Shown in pieces: positions 48,236 to 61,093 of a stretch of 64,000 nt of DNA (position 1 is its first letter; the number at the start of each line of letters is the position of its first letter). The stretch is from Penicillus capitatus (taxonomy: Eukaryota > Plantae > Chlorophyta): contig OZ287699.1 of assembly GCA_965649825.1 (NCBI GenBank), forward strand, positions 836,477 through 900,476. Reading direction: 5' to 3'. A program made the translations under genes and the position numbers. A model generated the notes under the pieces. That model ran no database searches and was not told the origin of the DNA. It saw only the letters and a list, made by a program, of their open reading frames with translations.

Positions 48236-49574
48236 TCAAGGCGATGGGGTGCTTCTTGGTTTCCACTCGTTTCGCGATTGCAGAAGAGTGACCAGCTTTT
48301 CCTGCGTTTCGATACTGAGCAGCGTGCCATGCATCTTGAGTGAGCGAATCCCTGCGGAAGAGATGGTGAGGGTGAGAGAGAAAGGCACAGTCATTGCCTG
48401 TGTTTGTCGACAGAGCCGCCAAAAGCGCCGCCGCCGATTGCTCTGTCACATTGTTGTTGCTCAAATCGATCGCAATCAAACCGTTGTTATCGCAGACGCC
48501 TTCACAGAACGCAGAGAGACCGATGTCTGTCATGCCAGTGTGGTGAAGCACGAGTTGCGTTAGAACCTAAACCAAAAGGCTCGACGCTTCTGCAGGAAAG
48601 CCAAAGCGAAAACCTCGTTCTCAGACAGTGCCTCGGCAAGAGCCGATATGCTGTTGTCTTTCAGACCATTCCAGGAGACGTCGAGATCTCTCATTGTTCT
48701 GTGAGACTTTAGGGCTTGACACAGTGCAGCAAAACCGTGCGCACCAAATAAGTTCCATGCCAAGTTGAGAGAGACGAGTGCGTCATCTTTCTGTCAGGAC
48801 ACGAACTCCGGACATGTATGTGTGGTACCTTACAAGACGGACTTCGAGGTAGTGGCTGAGAGCGAGCGCTGTTCGGTTTGATAAGTGATTGCGGCTCAGA
48901 TTTAGACTTTGCAGTTTGAGAAGGCCGTCGTTGAGCGAGCGGCAGAGACTGGCACCTGATCTGTCATCAAGCTGTGTGGCCGAGAGGTTCAACCATGTCA
49001 ACGAGCACTGTTGCGCAGATGACATGCGCTTCGGCACCGGAGAGGAATGGACCTGTTGGCTAAGGTATCGCTCAAAGCTGGGCACGACGTCGGCGGAGAT
49101 CTTGTTTTGCGAAATGTCGAGAATGCGCACGGTTTTGTTTTTCTCGAGGGCCCCAAAGAGTTGAACGAGACAGGGCCCATGCAGATTGTTGTCTGCAAGG
49201 TTTAGATGCTCGAGCTTCGAACGGAACTGCGCGTCAGGCATTCGGCATTTAGGTCGTCTTAACGCAGGGGTATTACTGGCAAGACAGTCACGAGTGCTTG
49301 CAGTCCACGAGGACCCATTCCATAACGCGCCAGAGAGAGATTTTCACTGTCGATGGCGGACAGAAACTGCAAGAGGCCACGAATGACGAGTGTTCACTGT
49401 TCAACAGCATTTCTGTGCTGGAACCTGCGAAACGGGTGGAACATTGGCAGCCACACAGGCGATTCGATAGTGCTCTCGGCCGTTGGGCTCGTCCACAAAC
49501 GGTTGGCCTGAGACGTTGTCGGACATTCGCGTAACTGGCGGTATCCTCTCGTCATCCGTGCAATCCTCTCTCAT
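48236..49574 (-). CDS. RNI-like leucine-rich repeat protein
   Basis: Repeats LEHLNLADNNL, VRILDISQNKI, LQSLNLSRNHL, MRDLDVSWNGL, LIAIDLSNNNV; GC-AG intron at 48352-48397. Confidence 0.85.
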
Positions 49575-49727
49575 GCCAGAAGCCTGTCACTTAAACGACG
49601 TGCGCGCGAATCTTCTGTCGACGTCCGTTTCTGACAGACACGGCAAACGTTGAGTTCGATGCTTTCATTTTCACATGTCCCTCGTTTTTGGCTCGAAACC
49701 GATTCTGCCTATAACAGGACTACAGTA

Positions 49728-51008
49728 TCATGCATCGAAGTTATTCGCCAAAGGAGACAAAGCATGGCGATAGTGCACTGTAAAGATGTCTTCGATGTCA
49801 TCGTGATGGGGAAACCAGAATTCATCGTAGGCTTCTATCAACGTCATCTCTGCATAAGGACACGTCGAGATCAAAACATCATGGCAGTACAGCTCGAGGT
49901 GGTGGAGCTGAAACCTCTGCTCCAGATAGAAACAAAACTGATTGATGGACATGCACTCAGGTGCGTAGAAATAGTTGTCATCCAACTCCTCACTCGCCTC
50001 TCCGTCGGCTGGGAACACCGCCAGCGTAATGTACTGCTGCTGTACATGGTGGTCTGGTTCCTGAACAGCAGTTCCCGAAGAAAAGCTCATACCACTACTC
50101 TCTGCGACGGGGTCAGCCTGTGGGGATTGTTTGGCTTGAATACGTCTAAGGGGTCCGATGTCATCGATCCAGGCAAATTTCGGATAGTAGTTCGGAAGGA
50201 GTCGACGGCCTTGATGCAGCATCGCTTCGTTGACATCGTTCACGACTCCACGGCTGTAGAGTTTTGTGATCAAGACGGACAGCGTCGCGTCTTTAACGAT
50301 GCATTGATGTTTTCCTTGCAGAGGATGTCTGCCGAGGCTTGTTGGCTGAAAGCCTTCTGTCGTCATACATCCACAGCCAGGAACTGGACATGTCTTTTCT
50401 CCAGCTTCCCCCTTCACCGCTTCTTTAATGCATTGGTAACAAAATGTATGCAAGCAAATCAGTGAAGTGTAAGGATTCTGTAGTCTGAAGCGACAGAGAT
50501 CACAGGACAAACACTGAGTCAGCTTCGTTGCGTTCATCATCCTTGGCTCCGTCGTGTCGAAAAATGGACGTGAGAGACGATCTGCGTTTTGGCCACAATT
50601 CATATCGTTCAATACAGTCGTGAGCGAACGAATAAGCCCTTTGAAGTCCCCGCCAATGCAAGGATAAGGAGGTTCGAAGCGTCTGTTATCGGCGTTCCGA
50701 GACGGCAGGAGTCTCGGCTCGACGGGACATCGCCCGATGGGATTTCCGACATCGCAGTTGGAAATGCAGCCAGCTTCGAGATAAGAACGGAGATTGGCGG
50801 CCAAATAAGGCAGTGTATCGACGATACTGCCAGATTCGGCGACAGGTCCTTCAGAGACTAAAGTACTGTGAGACGACCTCTGCGGTGCCCGTTGAAAAGG
50901 AAGTAACAATGCATCCCGTGACGCATCGACCAGGGCAGTCGTGTACAATTTCTCCTCTCGTTTGTCGCCGTCTTTCCAAACGACGTTTCTTTTTCCTTTG
51001 TCATTCAT
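49728..51008 (-). CDS. RING + RAWUL protein, BMI1/PCGF/DRIP-like, single exon
   Basis: LSCDLC...ICLHTFCYQCI...CPVPGC RING, then DATLSVLITKLY, then a C-terminal ubiquitin-like region (YLEQRF..LELYC..TL). Confidence 0.72.
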   Translation of the reverse strand: MNDKGKRNVVWKDGDKREEKLYTTALVDASRDALLLPFQRAPQRSSHSTLVSEGPVAESGSIVDTLPYLAANLRSYLEAGCISNCDVGNPIGRCPVEPRLLPSRNADNRRFEPPYPCIGGDFKGLIRSLTTVLNDMNCGQNADRLSRPFFDTTEPRMMNATKLTQCLSCDLCRFRLQNPYTSLICLHTFCYQCIKEAVKGEAGEKTCPVPGCGCMTTEGFQPTSLGRHPLQGKHQCIVKDATLSVLITKLYSRGVVNDVNEAMLHQGRRLLPNYYPKFAWIDDIGPLRRIQAKQSPQADPVAESSGMSFSSGTAVQEPDHHVQQQYITLAVFPADGEASEELDDNYFYAPECMSINQFCFYLEQRFQLHHLELYCHDVLISTCPYAEMTLIEAYDEFWFPHHDDIEDIFTVHYRHALSPLANNFDA

Positions 51009-51226
51009 ACCGCAACGACAACTGGTTGTCCTAAACGGTTAAGTACGTGTCAACACAGCATCCTCCTGAATCCAAGCGAATGTGGTCGACTCGGCACGTT
51101 TCGATCGTTTGCGAGCAGAGGCGCTTTTCTAAAGGAGCTTTTCCCCCGGGTCATCCACGTTAGGTATAAGAATACGGTGATCCGGGAAAGTATGAAATGC
51201 AGATTCCACAGGCAGCATGGAATGAA

Positions 51227-53004
51227 TTAACTGGCCAGTGCAACGTCGGGGCAATTATGGTGGCGTTGATCGTACTCTTGTTTGGCTTTGGCACGATCAC
51301 AGGCATCTTCGACCTCCTTTACCAGTAGCCGAACCAGTTCGTAGGTACCGAACGAAACGATGGCCATCGGAATCACTCTTGCCGAGGCGGCACCCAGACC
51401 TCGATACAAACCGCCGACGCCTTCTGTTCGAACGACGTCTTGGAAACAAGACATGAAGCCGAGCTGTCCACCGGACGTCGCTCCCTTCATGCCTTGGATC
51501 TGCATTCGACGAGAGACTGTTTCGAGAGGGTACGCCACGACTTGGCCCATAAAGGCCGACCATACGCCAAAAGACAGCGATGCCAGTACTCCGGGCTCTC
51601 GTCCAGTGACACTTGCATACGCCTTTTTGGAGAGATCGAAGAGACCGTACACAATAGCTGCTTCCGGCAGGATAGCGGCGACACTCGGACCGACACCGCG
51701 ATACAGTCCGGTAACGCCTTCTTTCTTGGCAATCTTCTGAAAAGCGTCCAGAACGCCTCTGTATGTTCCTGAGTGGCAGCACGTCATGATGAGAAGACAA
51801 CAGAAGAAAGCAGGAGCTAACCTGCAGAGTCAACAGTGAGACGACTGCGGACGACTTCTAATGGATATAGAATAACGTTGCTCGTCGCTCCAGCCATACC
51901 GGCGGCCGCGAATGTGCGCAGCGGACCGGGATCTTGTCCATGACGATCTCCCAGTAGTCTCTTGAAAGCATCGAACGCGAAAAAATCCAATGCCTTTTGC
52001 GGCGCCGATCTCAAGACGTTTGTCAGATTCCCTTTGTAAAGTGATCTCCATCCCTGTGTCTCACAGACGCTTCGAGCAGCTTGCATGGTGGATAGCTCAG
52101 CAGGAATGGCCCCCGTCATGGCACTGAGTCTGAGGGTTTCCAGAGGAGCCGTCGCTGTTCGCGATGCTGCTCCGGCAAAGGCACCGGCAAACAGATGTCC
52201 CCACGGATTCGTGTCGCGCGTTTTGCGTCCCCCATGCTTCTCTCCATCATGAATCACCACACAGCCGCCAACGTCACATCGCTCATTGCACTTTGCATTG
52301 ACCCAGTAGTTTACCAACTCATCGTTCTGAGGAAGCAGCATAAAGAATTTGCGAAACTCCCAAAACTCAATCTGCTTGTCATTGTTCACGTCCACCTTCG
52401 CAACGAGATCTCGAATGCAGTCCTTGCGACATCGATATGTACAGGAGCTCTTGGGACAACACACCCGAACGTGTGACAGAGAGAGCTCCAAGTCCAGCGC
52501 ATCAATGCGACCATTGCCATCCACATCAAACAGACCAAAGGCACGACGCAGAGCAGCTTCTTTGCTGGAGACAAATTGACGAAACTCTTCAAATCTCACA
52601 TGTCCAGTCGTAGAGGTCTTTCCCTTTATCCCGGAGAAGAATGCGTCGACGTACTCTGTCGGCAAGAAGTTATTCGAGGCATAACGACGGAGGTCGTCTT
52701 TTGTGATTGCCCCGCGATTCTCAGCGTCAATTTCTCGAAATGTTTGGCGCAACTGTCCATAAGACGGTCGATTGGAGGAGGCAAGGGAGAGGAAAGAGAA
52801 CCATCTACGGCGTCTCTTTGGTGGTCGACGGTGGAACATAACAGAAGAATCAAATTCGAAATCGAAGAGTGGTGTTTGGAATTCTTGATTCAGTGCATCG
52901 TGCAGGGAGACGCCAACAGCGGCGACGACAGGCTTCTTTCCAAGAAATTCATCTTCGTCCTCACGAAGTTGGACGAGAGGAATGTCAGAAAAAACGTATT
53001 TCAT
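51227..53004 (-). CDS. EF-hand Ca2+-binding mitochondrial carrier (SCaMC/APC-like), 2 exons
   Basis: EF hands FDVDGNGRID and VDVNNDKQIEF; carrier motifs TAPLETLR, YPLEVVRSRL, YPLETVSRRMQ. Confidence 0.92.
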
Positions 53005-53391
53005 GGATATGCTGTTGTGCAGAGTACGTAAGGTTTTGACTCAAAGGTTGAATGCGGAAATCACTCGACAGACGCAATAAATAATATTTCCCAGCGGGAG
53101 GAAGACTTTTACGGGTGGACAGGAAGACGATGACATGAACATCGCGTAATGGATGGAAAGCAGGGCGATGGGTGTAAAATGTTGTACGACAACGACGAGG
53201 CAGATGACAGATGCTTTCGCGGTTGAGCTGCTTGCGACATGCATTGAGAACATGGCCAGCTGTCTGCCGCCTCTCAAAGGTACCACAGTACCTCCTGTTC
53301 TGTACAAACTGAACGGCAGGGGTGTGCCGAGCAGCGCCGAGAGGGTAAGGCGATAGAGACGAGTTGGTTTGTTCAGAAGAGAGCATTACAT

Positions 53392-54328
53392 ATGGAAGAT
53401 CCAGAGTTTCATCGCGTCGTCCAAATACTCTATCTGGAATCGAGCAAGATCTTACTGGATTGTATCTTTACCCCGGAGAAGCCAACAAACACAAGTGGCC
53501 CTGTCGTGGGCGGTGTACACGATGCCCTGAGACGACTGCGGTATCATTGGGAAGGTACGGCGAAGCTGCGGATGATGGGACTTGAGTGGGATAGACATGT
53601 GGGGTGCACGTAGGGACGGCATGGCTGCTCAAGATCGATCTGCTTGGTCTCGACAGACTCCTTTACAGCCCACTCCTGCAACAAAGCATAAGCGCCAAAG
53701 TGGAGCTTCTTGATGTGACAGCATAGTAAAGGAGCTGGCTGCAGGTAGAGCCTGGAAAACTGATGTCGACGATTCAGCGGATGGGTGGTGCCAATGCAAT
53801 GCTGTCTCAAACACTGGCTGACATTCAACTTCAGCAGTTGGATCGCCTGATCGCCCAGATCCAGTACGATTGCCAAGCACAACGCAACAGACGCATTCAT
53901 CCCATCATCAAACGGTCTCACTCTTCTGTCACTTCTTATCCCAATGATGCCCAACAGTGCTCCGGAGCTGCTGGATCCAGCATCCATCAAGGAAACGAAA
54001 TTCGAACAGTTTGGGGCCTTGACGGTGGGAGACAAGAATTTCGTGCGCATTCGTTACGTCCGTCACGAAAACGAGATTCTCATCGGTGTGTTGTGTGGGA
54101 ACCGGAAGGGGCGATCGATGGTTTTGTTTAGGGATTGCATCGAATCGGATCTTCGCGGAGAGGGTCAGTCAAAGAATCTGTTCTTATCTCTCGGACTCGC
54201 TCAAGATCGAGTTTCAGTCGAATCTGACGCATGTGTCGGAAGGACCTCCGATGTTCCTTGGCATACGTGTGTCTCCCTATGCCGCGACGAAATTTGCAAG
54301 GCAAGTGCTATTGTGTGAGAATCTCTGA
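53392..54328 (+). CDS. Hypothetical protein, multi-exon
   Basis: Successive ORF pieces separated by short GT-AG gaps (HWE|GTAWLLKIDLL, LLD|VEPGKLM, IH|APELLDPAS); no domain recognised. Confidence 0.4.
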
Positions 54329-54989
54329 TGACTCTGCGGGCACAGGCGATTCGTTCGGGAGCTCGAGAGTCGACGCCGCATTCGAAAACGCGTGATGCTC
54401 CGTGCAGCTCAGCGCGAAGCGGCATGGAACAATAAACTCCGCAAAGTACGCATCGACACTCTTTTCTCACTATTACTGTAGTCCATGATCGTCATCAGCT
54501 GGCGCTGTCGGCGTTGGCTACTGGGATCAAGAAGACGCGTCTCGTCTTAGGACCGAGAAATGCAAAATATGCTTTGAGAGACAAGTGCACCGATCTGGCG
54601 CATAAGTTCATTCTGAATCCCGTTTGCGCCCCTCCAAACTTTCACCTCTCCAGACGTCTCTGTATTTCTAGGCCAATGCTGATGTCTGTCGGGAACTTTT
54701 GCGCGACGCGGAGAAAATCGAAAGGACGTTTGCCGAGGAACTCGGATGGATCTCTCTTCCGGTCGAAGTGCGCCGAGCACATGAGCATCTCACAGCCGTC
54801 CTGCGCAAACACATTCAGTCTATGCGATAGCTCGGTTGTGATGTGACGGGTCGAGTGGATGAAACGTGTAGGATGATGAAATCTCTATCTACGTTGGTTG
54901 TCTTCTGAGATTGCCGTCGTGGGCAGATTTGCATTTTGCGTTTTGTGCCCGACCGCGTCTTCTCCCTCCACGACGCTCGATCTTTCACG

Positions 54990-56034
54990 ATGGCCCTCTC
55001 ATCCACCGTCACAAAGAACGCATTGAGTGCCAAAGCGCCGGCAGCGCGACCAAGGTAAGAAGCATCCGACATACGAGGCGAGATCGCTGCGTCGTCGACT
55101 GTGGGTCAGGAGAGAATCTCACGTCTTGTCGTGTCTTTAGTCGTTCGATGCGCACTGTCGTCTGTTCGGCGCACAACGGGAAGGATGTCGTGAAGAAGGT
55201 CGCCGAAACGGCAGCGGCCTTTGCCGCCACTGCCCTCATCGCAGGAGTGCGCCACTGCCATAGTATGACGCTCGATTATGTGTACTCCCTGTTTTCTAGT
55301 CGGCTCATGCTCTGACATACGACGAGCTTCAAGGACTGACATACCTCCAAGTAAAGGGCACAGGTGTTGCCAATACCTGCAGCACATTGAAACCGGAATC
55401 GGCCGGGGAACCCGGCAAAATCAAGAGCGGCACCTATACGATCGATAACATGTGCATCGAACCATCCACTATTCAAGTGAAAGAAGAATCGCCCGGAGGA
55501 GGAGAGGAGTTTGTGGACACGCTCCTAATGACGCGAAATACTTACACATTAGATGGCCTCTCCGGCAAATTCACGGTCGGATCTGGGGGATCCGTGGAAT
55601 TCGACAAAGCTGACGAAGGCATTGACTTTGCCCCGACGACCGTGCAGCTTCCCGGTGGAGAACGCGTTCCATTTCTCTTCACTTTCAAAAATATGAAGCT
55701 CAAGGGCAGTCTGGATGGCTTCTCTGGCGAATTCGCTGTGCCTTCTTACCGCGGATCGACATTTTTGGATCCCAAAGGACGCGGAGGATCTACCGGATAC
55801 GACACTGCTGTTGCTCTACCAGCTGCAGGCGATCGCGACGAGCTGGCCAAAGAGAATCTGAAATCGACAGCAGTCCTCAAAGGATCTGCCGCGTTCTCCG
55901 TTGCACAGTTTGATGCAGGGAGCGGTGAAGTCGCTGGTGTTTTTGAAAGCATTCAGCCATCGGATACAGATCTGGGAGCAAAGGAACCGAAGGAGGTGAG
56001 GATCACAGGCACCTGGTATGGACAGCTCACTTGA
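54990..56034 (+). CDS. psbO: Photosystem II oxygen-evolving enhancer protein 1, 3 exons
   Basis: Bipartite transit peptide, LTYDELQGLTYLQVKGTGVANTC, LMTRNTYTL, PGGERVPFLFT, YRGSTFLDPKGRGGSTGYD. Confidence 0.98.
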
Positions 56035-56087
56035 AAACTGAGCGTCCCTGTCGGTCAGATCTCTGCTATTGAGAAGAATGCGAGAAA

Positions 56088-58850
56088 ATGTGTATGATTG
56101 ATTTTGTGCACTTCGGCGAATGTGTAGCCATTGATCATTTTGAAACTTGGGGATCGTCCTCGGCGTCTTACGCATCTCTTGACGCGACGGCGAAGGGTCG
56201 ATTGACAGGGGATCATGCGAAGCATCTTCGAGTGCGAGCTGCGGACGAAGCTTCGTGCGATCCAGTCCTATGCGGTATATACTCGGGCACTTCTTATGGA
56301 AGATCTCGAACCCTGTTACGCCACAATAGCGTTGACGAAGTCCTGTCTATATAGTGGCATTATAAAGAGTACTTTCGAACGGTCGAGTGCTTGCGGCAAA
56401 CGTGTGCATGGGAATCGCGCTGTCCAAGACCAAGCGTGAAAGACCCCTGCATTATCTCGATCTCGTCCGGTCGCAGATTCCGTCATGGATCGTCTCGGTG
56501 CGATTCGACCATGTCCTCGTAGAAAGAGAGACTGTTGTACAGGACCGGCTTCCATTTCACAAGAGTGAACCTGATGGACTTCAGACAGCCACATGAGTGG
56601 TATTCTATGTGCCGATCGATCAAGAGACGCATTATTTATCATTCAGGCAAAGACTGTAGCGGTTCCCTTTTCCACTCAACACGACGGTGGTATGCCAGGA
56701 CCGACAAACAGTGGCAAGACACATGCTGCCCTAGAGAGGCTGAAGAAAAGCCGCCAGGGACTCTACTGTGCACCTCTGAGGCTACTAGCTATAGAGATCT
56801 ATGAAAACCTCAACCGACAAGGAATCTATTGTGATCTACTGACAGGCACGATGGTTGGCAGATGGAGCATCACCGTTCGATGCTGGATGGCATTTGACAG
56901 GACAGGAGAGAAAAAAGATACCTGGATCACGCATCACCTCGGCAACAGTCGAAATGATCGATCTCCAGAAACTCTATGATGTGGCAGTGGTGGACGAGAT
57001 ACAGGTAAATGTACCGCCGTTATCGAGAAGATCGATTTCGCGCCGTTTCTGCTGTGTTTAGCAAGTGGGAGACAAAGGACGTGCTTCTGCGTGGACGCGT
57101 GCATTGCATGGATTGCCTGCTGCAGAGTTGCATCTCTGTGGAGATCCATCTGCAAAATCACTCGTTCGTCAGATCTGTGAAGAAATGGACGAGGAATTCG
57201 AATCGCTGGATTACGAACGGATGACGCCTCTGGTGATGGATACCGAATCGGTAGAGACATTTGCAGATGTGCAGCCCGGAGATTGCATCGTTACTTTCTC
57301 TCGGCCAAAGATCTATGAGATCAAACAAGTGAGAACCCAGCCCGCTTTGAACCTATCTGAAAAATGACATCTTTCGGAGCACATTGAGTACAACACCGAC
57401 TACAAAGTGGCCATTATATATGGATCACTGCCGCCGGAAGTTCGTCGGCGACAGGCCACACTCTTCAATACACCAGGAAATGGGTATTGTGTTAAGCCTC
57501 TCTGTAGCGTTAGGGGATGATACGTTGGGGTATGTGTTAGATATGATGTCATGGTGGCGACAGATGCCATCGGTATGGGGCTGAATCTCAACATCCGTCG
57601 CATCATCTTTCACACCTTGGTGAAATTTGATGGCGTGGGAAAACGTGACATTTCTCTGACACAGATCAAACAGATCTCGGGACGTGCTGGTCGTCGCAGC
57701 AGGTGCCATCCATCGTTTTCCTTCAGCCGTTCTAGATAAGACATCTCTGTTATGCAGTATCTATCCAGTCGGCAAAGTGACATGTCTTTCCTCTTTGGAT
57801 CTTCTGATGACTCAGAAGGCATTGAATCTTCCAGTCGATAGGCTTCAGACACAGCGAGCAGGTCTCTTTCCCGAAATTCAACACATTGAACAAATTGCAC
57901 GGGAACTTCGGAGTGATATCTCCATTTGTGCCTCTTTACATGACATATGTATTCTGTGGACAGCGGAAGACTTGAATATCATTCTGCAAAGAATCAAAGA
58001 GAAAGCGATTCTTGACGAGCCGTACTTCCTCTGTAAGGATACAGATATTCGGATGATTGCTGGAGCCATCAAAGACGTGAAACGCTGAGTTGTTTCTTTC
58101 TGTTCCATACATGGGTGTGTGTACCGCAGGTCCCCCTGAGTCTACAGGACCAATGCACTTTCTGCATGTCACCCGTCGATACACGGAACCCCCCAATCAT
58201 GGCAGCACTGCGAGAATTTGCATCTGTCTATTCCAAAGGACATGTCGTTCCCTGTCGTCTGGTTCTCCCCGAAGAGCCACCAATATTTCTCCAGCAGCTC
58301 AAGTCTTTAGAAACAGCCTATGAAGTAACCCTTTTCCCTATCTATGCGCCGATAATCTGCCTCTGCTTCTGAAGATCGCTTCGCTATGGATGTGGCTCTC
58401 CTATCGTCTGGGCGTAGAGCAGTTTCCAATGAGATCCGATACAGAAAACAAACTTCGTCTGATCAACGAGATGTTCGAGAGCGGGCTTCGGCAAATCACT
58501 GTACCCTCCCGCGGCCGTCAAGAGGTTCGGTCTTTACACTCTTCTCACTCTTTTGACTCCCTTTGTGAAGCTTCTGCGAGAGGAAGAGATACTTGCTCGC
58601 CGTAAGAAGAATGCAAAGCCTCTCATTCCGTGCGATGATGATTCGACATCGTCTCTGTTGTCCTGATCGACGGCGCCATGGGCATCGAGAAGAAAAAGCG
58701 AAACAGAATGCCAGGAAAGAAACGAAACAATTCAGCCGTGGCAGTTGACGCGCGCGCCGAAACGCCAAAACGAAAATCGAAAAGCGCAAAGTGAAAACAA
58801 CCGACTGATCTTCTTCGACAGACATCTCTCGTTCGCCTTTATTCTTTAGA
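56088..58850 (+). CDS. SUV3: SUV3-like DExH organellar RNA helicase, multi-exon
   Basis: IIYHS|[61 protein letters not shown]. Both ends approximate. Confidence 0.92.
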
Positions 58851-59441
58851 GTCACGCGAACAGGGACACCCGCAGAAAGACGGATGGATATGGCGCATTT
58901 GTTGAAGGAGGACGCGCTGCAACATTCCAACGCGGAACTCTGGCTCATTCAGATTCCTTCTCAAGTGCGACCGTATCGCAGCGCTGTGTTGCATGAAACT
59001 TACTGACTCTTCGTAGATTTCGGATTTGGATCGATTGGCATCAGGCCATTGGTCCCTGCAAGGGTCCACATCTAAATCAGGGACTCTTGGGCAGGTGGTT
59101 CTGGATGAAGGTATGCTCCCTTTGCTTTGCAGTGGAAAATGTGAGATGCAGATCAGAAGTATGAGATTCGGGTAGAAGAGGATGAACTCGTCCAAAACAC
59201 GACGGTTGTATCGGAGAATGAGCGCACTCTTCGTGTGGCCAAGGCCATCACATTGCATTGCCTCTCGAAAGACGACGAGGTTCTGTATGCCTGTTTCTGT
59301 GTCCGTTGATAAAAGACACGCTCAGGGACATGAGGAGGACGAGAGTGAATAAGCCTGAACCCATTAGGCTTGCTCTCTTAAATCGCATCCATTTAATCCA
59401 CCCTTCATCACTTGGCGGCTCTTTCGCGTCGACTCTGCACA

Positions 59442-59699
59442 ATGGAAGCTGCCGCGCCGAAGAAAGCGATTGTCGTCAAAGTCATTGGCCGAACGGGATC
59501 CCGTGGCCAAGTATGTGCCGTTCATTAGCGGGTCACTCTCACCACCACGCGCTGTATCGCTCAGGTGACGCAAGTCCAGGTGAAGTTCTTGGACACGACA
59601 GAGGACCGTCACATTATGCGCAATGTCAAGGGACCCGTACGCGAAGGAGATATCCTTACCCTTCTCGAGTCTGAACGGGAAGCGAGGCGTCTGAGATGA
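59442..59699 (+). CDS. RPS28: 40S ribosomal protein S28, 2 exons
   Basis: [12 protein letters not shown]|VTQVQV...[26 protein letters not shown]. Confidence 0.98.
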
Positions 59700-59876
59700 A
59701 TCATAAACAGTCGAAGTTGGTTCTCTGGGGGTGAGGGACGAAGTATCTAATGCGTTCATGTAATGCGCATTTACGCGTTCGACGCACAGAGGCTTCGAAA
59801 CAGAGCGCGTCGTTTCTTTACCGACGGCGCGAACATCCATTCCTTCCGCGTGATTGGACGTTTGTATTTTTGAGCC

Positions 59877-60592
59877 ATGGCGAATCAATCCGAAAAACGA
59901 CGATTGGAAGCGAACAGAAGACGTCTACAACTGATGTTCCGTTGTATCGTTGGCGCCAACGTTTCTGCGACGCAACGATGGAGGCTTCATTTGGGATCCG
60001 TCTCTGTGTACAGGTTTGGCAGCTTCTGCTGCGGTTTTGGCTGCAAAGAAGTTCGCTCTTCTGGTTCAACTACGCCACGTTCATAGCATCGAACACCGTT
60101 CACTTCATTGCTTACAGTATCCTCAAAGGGGCAGCACGTCCGTCGCTGTTCATCCCGAAAGTCCGACTCAAAACGAGTGTCCTGTCTGCAGAGCCGCGCT
60201 ATGGTCCTTCTGGAGATCTCATTTCTGGGGGAACCGATTTGAAGATGCGTGGTTTCGTAGAGTACGTCACCGATGCCATCATCCTGACGATAATTCTACA
60301 GGTTGTGTCAGTTGTGGGTCTCTTTGGACGTCAGTGCATGTCCTGTTTTACAGATTCTGGGTGGTCTTTCAGATTGGGCTTGGTTGTTGATCTTAATCGC
60401 TCCTACGTATGCTGGCTATGTTGCATGGACCTACTACCAGCAATTCAGCACTGCACAAAAACAGGTCACTGCATTTCGACACCTGACGGCGATTTGTCCA
60501 TCGGCGGTCTTCTGTAGAATTGGCAAGGTTTGGGATTACGTGAAAGTCAAGAGAAGGTCAGTAGGAGACGCGAACAAAGACGCCGGAGATAG
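59877..60592 (+). CDS. TMEM208: TMEM208/SND2 family protein, multi-exon
   Basis: MANQSEKRRLEAN..., PRYGPSGDLISGGTDL..G.VEYVTDAI, basic C-terminus SRRREQRRRR. Confidence 0.85.
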
Positions 60593-60630
60593 CGTTATGG
60601 AAGACGTAAACAGAGAATAACTGCTGTGCA

Positions 60631-61093
60631 TTAATCGAAAAGTCCAAACATTGCCTCAGATCCGGAGTTTTCGGAATCCTCTTCTTCAGCCTCTTTCTTC
60701 TCTTCTTCCTTCGCTCCACTATCCGCTGCTGCAGCTCCACCGCCGCCTCCTGAGACGAAGAGAAATGGGATGGGGAAGGATAGAGATCATAGACAACCTG
60801 CCGCAACGGCCATAGCGGCGCCTCCAATTGCAAATTGGTAGATAGCTGTCTTGGGCGTGATCCACGAAAAGCACGAAGACACGCCTCCGCCACTCGCGCG
60901 ATCGATAGATGCCTGTTTGTCGTCATTTTATGCGTGCGGTGCAGTGGACGGCGTTACGGCTTACCTGCTTCAGGAGCTTCTCTAGCTCCCAACGGTCATC
61001 AGCCTTCATCTCCGGCACCGCATCGTTATTGCAGCACTTCGCGGACCATCCACTTTTGGACGTTGTGCAAACAAAACTCAGAACGCTCGCCAT
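60631..61093 (-). CDS. RPLP3: 60S acidic ribosomal protein P3, 3 exons
   Basis: MASVLSFVC..KSGWSAK, GGGVSSCFSWITPKTAIYQ, Gly/Ala hinge, acidic tail ending MFGLFD. Confidence 0.85.
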
